Assembly: GCF_020745735.1 (NCBI RefSeq)
Contig: NC_083445.1
Location: 1,550,001 to 1,614,000, forward strand
Direction of reading: 5' to 3'
From: Hemiscyllium ocellatum
Taxonomy: Eukaryota
Length of the DNA: 64,000 nucleotides
Position 1 is the stretch's first letter; each line of letters starts with the position of its first letter. The notes below the pieces were generated by a model that ran no database searches, was not told where the DNA came from, and was given only the letters and a program-made list of their open reading frames with translations. Shown piece after piece: positions 44,291 through 56,799 of this stretch. The translations under genes and the position numbers were made by a program.

Positions 44291-44749
44291 CCAGTTAATA
44301 CCACTTAGTACAGTCTCATCCTACCTCCAGAAGGGAAGATAGTGATGTCAAGGCTGGACAGGGAAGAATCAGAGATGAACAAAATGAAGGTGAGAGAATG
44401 ATGAAATTGAAAAGAAATTTAATGAAGTTTTCCAGTTTAGGGCAGAGTAGAAAAAGGCATTGCTTGTGTCATACTATACTGAAAAAAGAGTTGATAGGAC
44501 GTGATACAGTGTAGGACTGGAATAAGAAATATTCCACATAGCCCACAAACCAGGTATACCTTGGATCCATGTGGTTAACCTTGACAATAGCTTTTATTTT
44601 AGTCAGTGAGATGAGTTAAAAGCGAAGAAGTTCAGCTGGATACAGATGAGGGGAGCACTGGATCAAAACTGCTTGGATCTCCATTGAAGGAAGAACTGGA
44701 ACCTGTCAGGCCATCCTGATCAGAGATGACGGCGTAGGGAGAGATCCAT

Positions 44750-45087
44750 TACAAAATTCTGAATGGCCTGGACAGAGTGGACATTGGGAAGATGTTTCCA
44801 TTGGCAGGAGAGACGAAGACCCGAGGGCACACCCTTTAGAACGGAAATAAGGAGAAACTCTTTAGCCACAGACTGGTGAACCTGTGGAATTCATTGCCAC
44901 AGAAGGCTGTGGAGGCCAGGTCATTGAGTATAGTTAGAACAGAGATAGCTAAGTCCTTGATTGCCAAGAGGATCAAAGGTTACAGGGCGAAAGCAGGAAA
45001 ATGGGGTTGAAAAACCTATCAGCCATGATTGAACCACAGAGTAGACTCGATGGGCTGAATGATCTAATTTCTGCTCCTATGTCTTAA
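44750..45087 (+). mobile_element. CR1-type LINE 3' end
   Basis: KILNGLDRVD-GKMFPL...VNLWNSLPQKAVEA; tail CTCCTATGTCTTA. Confidence 0.75.
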
Positions 45088-45499
45088 AGGGAGATGTTGA
45101 GGACAGAGAGCTTTAGAGAAGTCAAATCAGTAAGGAGAGACTGGTGGTTTTGAATGAAGCATTACTTGGTGTGGCTTTGGAGCCCTATTCTGGCCTGGTA
45201 GTTTCTGTCTCATTGGCTGCACAAATATGATCTGAGAAGATACACAATTCTCTGTTCTCTGCTTTTTGCTGGACTCTCTTCTCCAGCTGAGATTTTTGTC
45301 TTGGCTTGGCTCTCTCAATGTCCTGAGAGAAAGTGAGTACTGCACATGCTGGAGAGTCAGAGTAATCCTGATGAAGAGCTTATGCCCAAAATGTCAATTC
45401 TCTTGCTCCTCGGATGCTGCCTGACCTGCTGTGCTTTTCCAGTGCCACACTTTTCAACTCTTTCAATGCCCTTTCAAACAGAGAGCCTTCAGAGGTCAC

Positions 45500-45960
45500 A
45501 GCTATCAGGACTTTCTCTCAGTCTATGGCTTATAGCTTGCAGGTGTTCTTGTCCTGAGGTATGGACATCCAGGACATCATGGCTTTAGTGACCAATTCAT
45601 TGTACAGCAGCTTTTTGGGTAAACGGTAGTCATAAATGTGTCTGAGCCACTACAAGCATTGCTACTTAGCAGTGAATCTCTGTTGATAGAATTAGCAATC
45701 CTCAGGACCTCTGAGTTGGTGACCTGCACTTGTCAAGAGCTCCTCCACCGTGGACTTGATATATAGCCATGACAGGTAGGCTTTCTATACGGCCTAGAGC
45801 TTCCTTGGCGATTCGCCCAAAACTACAATCAAGGTAGTGTTGCATATGTCTCTTCAACTGTTTGTTGTAATCAGTGATGATCTCCCTGTCTTTGTTTTCA
45901 ATGGAAATGTTCTCTTTACTGAAGGACCTGTTGCCTTTTTGATCACTTCAAATGTGTCCC
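45500..45960 (-). mobile_element. Degenerate RTE-clade LINE C-terminal fragment (related piece at ~48611-48680)
   Basis: WLRHIYDYRLPKKLLYNEL...GCPYLR resembles the RTE motif WLGHV..M.D.R.PK.LLYGEL...GRP.LRYKD. Confidence 0.55.
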
Positions 45961-46151
45961 GACATTCCTGCATTCAAGAACATCTGGATATTTTGGCATG
46001 TAACCAGTAATTATTTGTACATCACATTGTAATCTGTTTAACTTTATTTCAATGGCTCTTAGTGCATTCAGAATATCCTTACTCCAGTCTGTCACAATTT
46101 ATTTCCATAAAAGGACTGGACCGGGGGGAAAATGGACCCAAGATAGAAACA

Positions 46152-48610
46152 TGAATAGGGCTGTCATGTTGAAGGAAACCATGACCTTGTCATCCTCTGT
46201 TTTGATGATGTGAAAGAATTCTGGGTGGAGTAGATTGAGTGACGTGAGTCTTCTACTCAGTGTTTCAGTTTACGATGAAGTTCCTTGGCTAATCTGTCTG
46301 ACGGTGTGCTGGGGAGTGAGACTATAGGTCTGAGGGCGGGCCCTTGGTTTGTGTATCTTTGGTAACCCATAGAAACAGGGTTTGTTAGATCCTTCAGGTT
46401 TCATTCTTTGAAGGTCTGTCTTGTTACTTTCACCTGTCTTGTAGAGTGTGTTCAGTGTCACTGTAATATGGTTTTCTCGGTTTGTGGAGTCGGGTCCATC
46501 GCCACCTGTTGGTAGATGTCAATATCTGCAAGTAGTGTGTTTGCCTTTTCAATGTATTGTGTTCTGTTCAGGATGACGGTCACGCGCCCTTTGTCTTCCA
46601 GTAGGATTACAATATTTCTGTCTTTTCTGAGCCCTTCCAGTGATGTCCTTTGCAGTGTGTTGAGGGTGTTCCCATCTTTCTGCTTGTTGTTGGTGCTACT
46701 AAGCAGAAAGTGGTAGCACAGTGGCTCAGTGGTTAACACTGCTGCCTTACAGCATCACGTACCTGGGTTCAATTCCAGCCTTAGGCAACTGTCTCTGTGG
46801 AGTTTGCACATTCCCCCGTGGTCTTGTTTGGGTTTCTTCCGGGTGCTCCGGTTTTCTCCCACAGTCCTAAGATGTGCAGGTCGGGTGAATTGGCTATGCT
46901 AAATTCCCCTTTGTGTTCAGAGATGTGTAGGTTAGGTACGTTAGTCAGGAGTAAATATAGGATGGAGGAATGCGTCTGAATGGATTACCCTTCAGAGCAT
47001 CTGTGTGGACTTGTTGGGTCGAAGGACCTGTTTCCACACTACTGATTCTACTGTCTGCATCTTGGCCTGCTGGATTTCTTCAGTACATCCATTGTCTTTG
47101 AGGGTTAATTCCAGTGCTGCTAGGAAGTCCTTTTTATTGGCATTCCTGTGGTTGAAGTTCATTCCTTGTACAAGGACAGCTTTCTCCGTGTCTGTGAATG
47201 GTTGGTCTAACAGGTTCTTTATCCAAGCTTCTGAATTATCTGTATTATTGCTGTGTGTGAGCTTGTCCAGTTTTTCTTGTAACATTAGTCTTTTCTTTGT
47301 CTTGGTCAGTTATTGTTTAGTGTTGATGGTTTGTTCTAGCATAATTGTCCATTCCTGGAATTTTTGTTCGATGTGACAGCCCTATTCACATCAATAAACA
47401 TCACCCTGGCCAAAGAAACACTGGCTGCACTACTAGATGAACCAAGGACACAAACACCTGACAACACCAACTACATCAGCAAGGACAGCATCCGCAAACT
47501 AGTAGACCTATGCCTTAAAACCCACTTCACCTTCAACAATAAGACCCACAACGGGACATCCATGGGATCACCAATATCAGGATTCTTGGCAGAAGCATTT
47601 ATGCAGAGGTTGGAACAAACAGCCATCCCCATGATCCATCCCAAACTTTGGGTACACAGAACTAATTAGAAGAAACCCACAAACACATAAACAACCGTCT
47701 TAATGGAATAAAGTTCACCAAAGAGGAAGAAAACAACAACAGACTCCCTTTCCGAGATGGCACATTAGAACAAAAAGCCAATGGAGAGCTGAAAACCAGA
47801 CCAAATACTCCACCACAGGAGTAATCATCCCAACACCCACAAACAGAGCTGCATCAGGACATTATTTCAATGAGCCACAACATACTGCAGCACCCAAGAG
47901 CTATGAAATGCCAAAGAAAACCACCTATACAATGTATTCAAGAACAACGGGTACCCAGTAAGCACAGTCTGTTGATTCCTCCATAACAAACCTAAACAAG
48001 AAGACACAACATGTCCAGAGACTCTAGCCACACTACTATACATTAAATACTCCTTAGTATCGCAGTAGCCCACAAACCTTCCAACACACTGAAACAGCTC
48101 TTGATGAATCAAAAGGACCCTTACCAACAACCAGCAGAATGAATGTCATATACAAAATACCCTATAAGGACGGCAACAAACATTACATTGGTCAGACTGG
48201 CAGGAAACTAGCCACCAGGAAACACGAGCACCAACTAGCTACCAAAAGACACGACCAACTATCACTAGTATCCTTACACACAGACAATGAGGGACACCAG
48301 TTTGACTAGGACAATACATTTATCCTGGGACAGGCCAAAGAGAGACACGCTTGGGAATTCCTAGAGGCCTGGCATTCAAACTGCAATCCATTTACCAACC
48401 TCTGAGAAAGAGAACCAGAAGTGATATCACCCACTACAATAGACCCAGACACATAAATAGAAAATGAGACAGAACACCAGTGCTTCACTGGAGGCTCACT
48501 GATGTTACCTAGCATGGTGATGAAAACGTCTGAGAACAAATTTTCCAGCTCTGTGAGGAAACTTACAACCTGAACCACAACTTGAGCTACAAATCTTCAC
48601 AAAAATCGCA
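46152..48610. mobile_element. Penelope-like element (RT plus GIY-YIG): 5' half on minus (46152-47366), 3' half on plus (47367-48610)
   Basis: Minus: NIVILLEDKGRVTVILN, FYGLPKIHKP, VMVSFNMTALF. Plus: FDVTALFTSI, GTSMGSPISGFLAE, NVIYKIPYKDGNKHYIGQTGRKLATRKHEH. Confidence 0.9.
46712..47050 (+). mobile_element. HE1-like SINE inserted in the Penelope element
   Basis: tRNA-like head, V-domain, GCCTGTTTCCACACT-type 3' end. Confidence 0.88.
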
Positions 48611-48834
48611 GTCATGAATGTGTCTGAACCACTACAAGCATTGCTATTTAGCAATGAATTAGCATTCCGTAGGATCCTCACCTTCCCCCATACCGAGCAG
48701 ATTCCCTGAACGGTGAAAATTGTCTTTCGGCAGACACTTTATTGGTCTCTCAGATAACCACTGGGGGGATTTTCTGAGAAAGTGGAGTTGTCATTGACCA
48801 GCAGGAGCAAAGTCCACAAAATACATGGTCCACT

Positions 48835-49300
48835 GCTCCTCACATATATATAACCTCCTCTGGAGGTCTGTAAACACCTCCAGCCACTACATGGCTCCCT
48901 AGGTCTGTAACCTCCTCTGGCCCCTACATATCTCCCTAGCTCTGTAAACACCTCCAGTCTCTATATCCTTCCCTGTGTCCATAAACCCCTCCAGTCCCTA
49001 AAACCCACCCCATCTCTGTAACCTCCCTATGTTTCTTAACACCTCTAGCCCCAACAACCCTTCACTGCACTCATCCCTATCTCTGAAACTTCCTTAAGTT
49101 TCTCCATCCCTCCCTATCACTGTAATCTCCTCCAAGTGTTACAACTCTCTCCATCTTTGAGCCTCCTCCTTCTCCAACCACCCTTCCTACCTTGAAACCT
49201 CTTACAGCCCTTTCTGTCTTTATAACTTCTGGCTTAAGAGCCCTCCCTAGCTCTGTAATGTGCTCCTGCCACAGTATCCAGCCCCATCTCTGTAACTGCA
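48835..49300. repeat. Degenerate ~35-40-bp tandem repeat (CTCTGTAACCTCCTCCAGCCCCTACA...CCT)
   Basis: Recurring TCTGTAA-CCTCC motif. Confidence 0.7.
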
Positions 49301-49754
49301 GCATCAACCAGCAGGGCCTCTTATGTCCCTTTCCTCCAATTTAGTAGCAGAATGGATTAGTTGTTTTATGAGACTTCAGCCTGCTCTGCCACTGAATATG
49401 ATCATGGCTGTCTGATTGTAACCTCATCCCGACATTCCTGACTATTACCAATAACCTCCCACTGCCTTTTGCTTATCAAGAATCTTTTCACTTTTGAATT
49501 AAAAATATTCAAGAAATCTGATGCCATCTTCTTTTCAGGAAAACAGATCCAAGGGCTCACAGCTCTCTGAGTAAGAAGATTCTGCTCATTTCTGCCTTAA
49601 ATGGGCAAGCCACAGGAGGAAATATCCACTCCACATCCATCCTGACAGGACCACTCAGGATTTTTGCATCTCAATCAAGTTGCATCTTACTCTAAATTAT
49701 TTTTCACTAGATATGAACTACCAACGAAGATACAATCAGATCAAGGGTGAAATA

Positions 49755-50063
49755 TTAGATTAGACTTACAGTGTGGAAACAGGCCCTTCGGCCCAACAAG
49801 TCCACACCGACCCGCCGAAGCGCAACCCACCCATACCCCTACATTTACCCCTTACCTAACACTACGGGCAATTTAGCTTGGCCAATTCACCTGACCCGCA
49901 CATCTTTGGACTGTGGGAGGAAACCGGAGCACCCGGAGGAAACCCACGCAGACACGGGGAGAACGTGCAAACTCCACACAGTCAGTCGCCTGAGTCGGGA
50001 ATTGAACCCGGGTCTACAGGCGCTGTGAGGCAGCAGTGCTAACCACTGTGCCACCGTGCCGCC
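49755..50063 (-). mobile_element. Full-length young HE1-like SINE
   Basis: GGCGGCACGGTGGCACAGTGGTTAGCAC head with CpGs retained; near-identical to the nested copy at 40371-40598. Confidence 0.92.
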
Positions 50064-50289
50064 GAAGTAACCCAGTGGGTTAGTTAGTGGGTTAGTTATT
50101 ATAGTTGATATAAACTCAGCCTGTCTGATTTGGCCTCATAAAACAATTAACCCATTCCAAATATTAATCTAATTTTCTGAACTGCTTCCAATGCATTTAT
50201 ATCTTTCTATAAGTAAGGTGACCAATGTTATAATTCAGATGTGGTGTCACCAATACCCTGTGTAACTGGACATAAACTCCTTAAATGGA

Positions 50290-50900
50290 AATGTTTGAAG
50301 ATCAATGTGGAGTATGATGAAGTGGGGCGTGAGGGAACCTGGTCCTGGTTCTATGAAGGAGGAAAAACAGTGGGTCCAGAAGTGTGGGAAATAGATCAGT
50401 CACAGCTGAAGGCCCAATCCACCATAGTGGGGGTGAATCTGCAGTTAAAGAAGGACATGTCAGAAGCACTGCAACTGAAGGTGGCCTCATTAGAACAGGA
50501 GAACAGAGACAGAGAAACTGAAAGAAAGAATGGAATGCCAACAGGAGACAGGATGTGAGGAAGTGGAGCTGAGCTGGTTTTGGGAGTCAGTAGGTTTGTA
50601 ACAGGTTATTAGTGGATAGCCTTTTCCTGGAAATAGAGACATAAGTCAAGGAAGGGTCGGATGAGTCAGACATGGATCAGCTGAAAGTGAGAGAAGTTGG
50701 AAGCAAAATTGATCATTTTTTTCCATTTCGGACAAGAGCAGGAAGCAGCAGTGATACAGTTATTGACGTACTGAAGAAAAGGTTATGGGAGGAGCAGGAA
50801 TGGAACAAGAAATGTTTCTCAAACTCCCAAGCATAATATGAGTCCCATGGTCACTCATTGTATTTGCGAGAGGTAAAATAAGTTAAAAAAAAGTTGAAAA
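50290..50900 (-). mobile_element. Highly degenerate Penelope-like RT fragment (similar remnant at ~44320-44740)
   Basis: FLQYVNNCITAAS resembles the FLRYIDDC.GAAS Penelope RT motif. Confidence 0.5.
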
Positions 50901-51323
50901 TGCCTACTTTTGCAAAAAATAGCATTTGAACGGGTCTCTTTCAGCAAACATGGATTTGTGACAGGCAACATCTCAATAATGTTTTCAATAGTTTTGTTAA
51001 TTAACATAACTCATGATTCCGAAAGAGCGGTTTTGGGTCCTGACCCAGTATTAGATAACGTATATTTATGATATCACAATCTGGCCCTTCGGCATGCTTT
51101 AAGTGTATGAAGAGCATCCAGGTGCAAGCATGCTGAAGTACATGGGTCTTAGTCAAGTTGGATCCACTGCCATTTTCAAGAGTCCATGCTCCTGTCACAA
51201 AAAGAGGCCAATTTTGCTGACTATCTGTCTTTAGTGACATTTGCTAATTGAAATATGAGTATTGTCAGGGCACTTTGAGAACTTCCCCTACTTCAAAATT
51301 AGGGCCATGCTATCATTCACAAT

Positions 51324-52140
51324 GGTCAGAGACCCAGGTAGTCTCAGTCAAAACCAGTTTCCCTTATCTTCAGCTTCAATCTTAGCCAACATCTTTGGAG
51401 TAGTGTTTGAACCTGATTCAGAGTGTAGCAACTAATTCCTATTTCATTATTAGTCTTGCTTTTGTAAATAATTACAAAACCTGCAAAATATAAAAGGGAA
51501 CATACTCTTCATGAGCAGTATTTCTGTTAGGAGCTATTAGCTTCTGCCCCAGTAGGAATAAGATTGAGATCGCTCACCTCTCATTGTCAGCATGAACCTT
51601 ACAGCCATTACTTGTAGCTTGATTAGAGCTGAATTATCAGACACCAAAGGGAAATATTCTGACCAATCAGTCCAAACAATCTCCCTGACCAGGATATGAA
51701 ATATTGCATGTTGGTCACCTGGACAGTTAGATCATAACTGTCCAGGTGACCAACATGCAATATTTCATACCCTGGTCAGGGAGATTGTTTGGACTGATTG
51801 GTCAGAATATTTCCCTTTGGTGTCTGATAATTCAGCTCTAATCAAGCTACAAGTAATGGCTGTAAGGTTCATGCTGACAATGAGAGGTGAGCGATCTCAA
51901 TCTTATTCCTACTGGGGCAGAAGCTAATAGCTCCTAACAGAAATACTGCTCATGAAGAGTATGTTCCCTTTTATATTTTGCAGGTTTTGTAATTATTTAC
52001 AAAAGCAAGACTAATAATGAAATAGGAATTAGTTGCTACACTCTGAATCAGGTTCAAACACTACTCCAAAGATGTTGGCTAAGATTGAAGCTGAAGATAA
52101 GGGAAACTGGTTTTGACTGAGACTACCTGGGTCTCTGACC
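51324..52140. repeat. Near-perfect long palindrome: 406-bp arms (51324-51729 / 51735-52140) with a 5-nt spacer
   Basis: Read through by eye; one mismatch seen (51694 vs 51770). Confidence 0.97.
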
Positions 52141-52296
52141 TGAGATCATCAAAGCCCAAAGCCTTACCACAAGATGGTGCTTAATTCCATCTGCAAATAA
52201 CAGAATTAAGTTTATGTACACATTCATCCATATTCGACAAGAGTTGCAGATACTAATAGTTTAAAATGAGAAGAGCTGTGACATTGTGAATTTAAA

Positions 52297-52312
52297 TCCA
52301 CCAGGTGGCACC
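52297..52312 (+). promoter_or_regulatory. Candidate CTCF site CCACCAGGTGGCAC
   Basis: Matches the CCASYAGRKGGCRS core consensus; motif evidence only. Confidence 0.45.
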
Positions 52313-52498
52313 CTTTAAATAAGTGTGATCCCGCGCAGTGAGTTTTCTGATGTTTGGCTTTATCAGGACAGAGGCTCCATTCGCTGTTAGGCAGCACAGG
52401 ATGCCTCGGCTCACTTGTGTTCATAATCTAAAGCAAAGTCCACCAGGCTGATGCTCACACTCTTTGGCAAGCTCCAGTCTGCGGACAGTGCCCACGTT

Positions 52499-54705
52499 GA
52501 ATTTAATTTAATTTAATGTCACATGTACCAAGGCACAGTGAAAACCTTTGTCTTGCGAACAATACAGGCAGATCACATTGTTAAGTAGCATAGATAAGTA
52601 AATAAAAGGTAAACAGCGGCAAAAACAAAAACACAGGTACAGACAAATGTTAAGAGTTTGTGAATCCATTCAGTGTTCTAACAACAGTAGGGCAGAAACT
52701 GTTACAAAACCGGTTGGTGCGTGGGTTCAGGCTTCTGTACCTTCGTCCCGATGGTAGAGGTTGTAGGTAAACATTGCCAGGGTGGGAGGGATCTTTGAGA
52801 ATGCTGGCGGCCTTTCTTTGACAGTGGGCCTGGTAGATGGATTCTGTAGATGGGAGGTTGGCCTTTGTGATTGTCCGGGCTGAGTTCACCACTCTCTGTA
52901 ATCGTCTCTGATCTTGAATGGTACATATGTCATACCAGGTAGTGATACCTCCAGACAGAATGCTCTCAATGGTGCACCTATAAAAGTTGGCAAGGATTTT
53001 CACCGTCATGCCAAATTTCCTCAGCTGCCTGAGCAAGAAGAAATGTTGTTGAGCCTTTATAACCAGTGTATCCATATGAAGAGTCCAAGAAAGCTTGTTG
53101 TGGATGCCCACTTTCAGGAGTTTGACACTCTCCACTCATTACACCTCTGTGCTGTTAATGTGTAGGGGGGAATGAGTAACATCCTGCTGAAAGTCAATAA
53201 TGAGTTCCTTGGTTTTGCCGGCATTGAGAGCTAGGTTGTTCTCAGTGCACCATTTTTCCAGGTCTTCCACTTCCTGTCTGTAGTCTGTTTCGTCGCCATC
53301 TGAGATTCGACCGACTATGGTGGTGTCTTCAGCAAACTTGTAAATGGCATTAGTTTGGTATTTGGTGACACAGTTATTGGTATACAGTGAGTACAGTAGG
53401 GGGCTGAGTACTCGCCTCTGGGGGGCTCCAGTGTTGAGTGTTAATAAGGATGAAATATTGTCCTCAGTCTTCACTGATAGTGGCCTGTGGGTCAGGAAAC
53501 TGACGATCCAGTTGCAGAGAGTGGGGCTCAGTCTGAGATCACTAAGTTTAATAATCAGTCTCAAGGGGATAATAGTGTTGAAGGCTGCACTGTAGTTAAT
53601 GAGTAGGATTCTTACATAGCTGTTCTTGATGTCAAGATGTTCTTGGGAGGAATGAAGGGCAAGTGATATGGTATCTGACATGGATCTGTTGGTCCGATAG
53701 GCAAATTGGAGTGGGTCAAGAGTAGTGGGGAGGCTGGAGTTGATTAATGCCATGACCGGCCTTTCAAAGCACTTCATAACCACCGAAATTAGGGCCACTG
53801 GGCGGTAGTCATTGAGACATGTTGCATGAGCCTTCTTCGGCACAGGGATGATGTTGGCCCCATTGAAACAGGCAGGGACTGTGGCCTGCTGCAGGGAGAG
53901 GTTGAAAATGTCAGAGAAGACCTCTGCCAGTTGATCTGTGCATGCTGTGAGTGCACGGCCTGGTACTCCGTCTAGTCCCATCGCTTTCCTTGGATTCACA
54001 CGAAGGAGAACTGATTTGACCTCTGATGCAGTGACTGTTGGGATTGGTTCATCAGGACTTGTCAAAATAGGTGTTACCTCTCCGCCGAAATTCTGCTCAA
54101 AATGAGCATACAATGCCATGAGACAATCTGGGAGGTATATGTCATCATCTGCAATCTTGAACTGTCCCTTTTTAGAGCCTGTGATGTCATTCAGTCCTTG
54201 CCATAGTTGCCATGTGCCTGTCTGGGTCTCTAGTTTGGATCGGTATTGGTCCTTGGCTGTCTTAATGGGTCTGCAAAGGTCATCCTTGGATTCCTTATAT
54301 TTAAGTGAGTCTCCTGATCTGAAGGCCTCACACCTGGTTTTTAGCAGGTTCTGTCTGTCCTGATTCATCCAGGGCTTCCTGTTGGGGAGCATTTCCTCGG
54401 TATGCAATCCTCCACACACTTGCTGATAAAGTTTGTTACAGTGGTAGCGTACTCATCCAAGGTACCTGCAGCCTGTTTGAACATGCCCCAATCAGCTGAT
54501 TCCAGACAGCACCGGAGTTGATCCTCTGCCTCCTCCAACCAGCACTGGACCTGTATCTGTGAGGGGGTCTCCTGCTTGAACTTTTACCTGTAAGCTGGAA
54601 GAAGAAACAAGGCATTGTGGTCGGTGTTCCCAAAATGAGGGTGGGGGATGGAACGGTGGGCATCTTTCGCAGTGGTGTAGCAGTGGTCTAAAATGTTTAA
54701 GCCCC
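52499..54705 (-). mobile_element. Rex1/Babar-clade non-LTR retrotransposon, 5'-truncated ORF2 (RT) with few lesions
   Basis: ORF 53139..54419: KAMGLDGVPG...IIPVPKK...CLNDYRPVALISVVMKCFER...LDPLQFAYR...AFNTIIP...GAPQ..VLSPLLYSLYT...FAEDTTIVG; C-terminus in 52650..53135; (ATTAA)n tail. Confidence 0.92.
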
Positions 54706-56384
54706 CACACCAGGCTCCTAGCATTCAGTAAAGTATCCCGAGTAAGTCACTCACTTACTGGTTAATCAGTGACCCTGAACCCTGATATGATGGGCAATGT
54801 GAGGATCTTGTACAGTACTAATGTCTGAGCCTCTGGGCAGAAGATATCCTCTCAAGTCCCATTCACCCCAGAGTTATGTCATAACATACTCAAACAGGTT
54901 GGTGAAATAAATAATATAATGGCAATGTGTACTTGGTTGGAGTGATACCTAGTGCATAGGGAGTTGTGGTCGAGACTAATCATCTGTTCGGTTTTCTGTA
55001 TGTGCAGGTTGTTGCCTTTTTAAAAATCAGATCTCACTGATCCTCTTTACACTTGCGTCTTGTTTCCTGTCTGTATGTATTGCTCAGGTAGCTCTCAGAA
55101 TGAGTCTCCACTCACGATGAACAGAGATAACAAGCTTATAATCAAAAGTTCAGTTTCCGGATTCAAATCACAAAATGTTTTCTAGATTGAATCGAAAAGG
55201 ACATTTTGATCTTTTATTCCACATAGCCTTCACACCTGGCAAAGGGCACGTAAGGTTCTGAAATGTCATCAATATAGCATCTGTTGTTTGGGATGTACCG
55301 GTAAGGTGTCAGTCATCTGGAGGATGTAATTTCTCTAGTATTCAACTGTTGGCTACAATGTGAGTGGAATTTTCTTGGATTTAGACCAGTGTCCAGTGAG
55401 GACAGACCCAAAGCACAGTGATGTTGTAAAATTGCATTAATTTCAAAACTCAGGAACTCTACAGGGTAACTGGAGAAAATGGGACATTCTGTTTACATTG
55501 TATCCGACTCCATCTTTCTGTCTGTCCACCTCTGTATGTATGTGTCTGGCTGTGACAATATTTTTTCTTTTCATGCATTCATGGGAGATGGTCATTGCTG
55601 ACTTGCATTTAGTACCCATTCCTATGGCTCAGGGGGGAGTTAAGAGGCAGCCGCATTGCTGTGGGCCTGGAGTCGCATGTAGTCCAGACCAGGTAAGAAA
55701 GGCAGATTTCATTCCTAAAGGACATTACTGAACCTGTCCAGCACAGCTTTGAAATGATCCAGTTGGTCTATGGTCTCTGTTACTGACAATAACTTTATTC
55801 TAGTTTTTTTCATTAAATTCTCCAACTGGGAGTTGACCTCATGTTGCTGCTTCATTCATGTAGGTCTCAGGATGACCATTCTACTTCTCTTGATTGTGTG
55901 GGTATCTGTCTGTCTGTGTATTGATGTGTGTCTCTGTATATGTTTATGTATATGTGTCCCTTCATGTGAGTGCCAGTCTGTCTGTGTGTGCTGTTTAACC
56001 GTCTCTCGGTATCCTTATATCACTCAAGTAAAATCACTGCAAGATTGTTGTTATAATTCATTTAATGCTCTAATGTATTTCAGGCTGCAGAAGCTGTCCC
56101 TATTCATCTTGAGCTGATACATCTCCCCATCACCACAATATGCCCCTTCACCTCAAATAGCCACTTCGTCAGATGAATAATCTGACATGTGTGGTGTTGC
56201 AAAAATTACCCACATCCTGAACACTTTTTCACACACATATCTAAATTCATGAGCTCTGAGGAATTCACGTTGAATTTGACAGCACAGAATAAGGTCATGG
56301 AGTCTGTGCTAGCTTTTTGAAAAACTTATATTATCACTGGCACCTTGATAATCTCTCCTCTCTGAGTATTTATCCTTTTCATGT

Positions 56385-56665
56385 GTCAGCATTGACTCTG
56401 AACTCAGGAGGTTTTGGCTTGGCAGGTTCCACTCCAGAGAGTTGAGCATCTACTGCGGCCTAACATACTCAGTGCACAGGGAGTGCTGGATGAGATGTTA
56501 AACTGAAGTCCTTTCTGCCCTTTACAATATTATTTCAAAGAAGGGGTACCAGAGTTCGCTCTCAGCTCCTAGCCAAACCTTATCCCTCAACCACAAAAAC
56601 AGATGATCTGGTCATTATCACATTATTGCTTATGGGAGCTTGCTGTGGGCAAATGGCTGCTGATA
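56385..56665 (+). mobile_element. Degenerate Deu-domain SINE (AmnSINE/SacSINE-like); weaker related remnant at ~2690-2900
   Basis: CAGTGCA..GGGAGTGCTG..GATGAGATGTTAAAC...TATCCCTCAACCA..AAAAACAGAT..TCTGGTCATTATCAC..GGGAGCTTGCTGTG motifs recalled from Deu-SINE consensus. Confidence 0.55.
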
Positions 56666-56799
56666 TTTTTTGACAACTTCGTTTCACAAGGATTTAATAG
56701 ACTGTAACACATTTTGGTTATCTTGTGGTTGAGCAAATTCTTTCTTTTATTCCCTTTTGAAAGAAGTTTCAACATTTTCTCACCTGCTGGACAAGTTGT

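Noticed and set aside
45628-48680. ~50-70-bp direct repeat (45628-45710 vs 48611-48680) as a giant TSD of the Penelope element
   Set aside because: The first copy is ~450 bp from the element end and both lie in RTE-like remnants; more likely paralogous LINE pieces.
49990-50063. tRNA gene calls at SINE heads
   Set aside because: The A/B boxes belong to HE1-like SINEs and are followed by V-domain and tail rather than forming a complete cloverleaf.
51001-56200. Exon-like segments (51001-51191 minus; 55088-55250 and 56093-56180 plus) with plausible splice signals
   Set aside because: No recognisable protein and no consistent multi-exon frame; could be lncRNA exons but cannot be supported from sequence alone.
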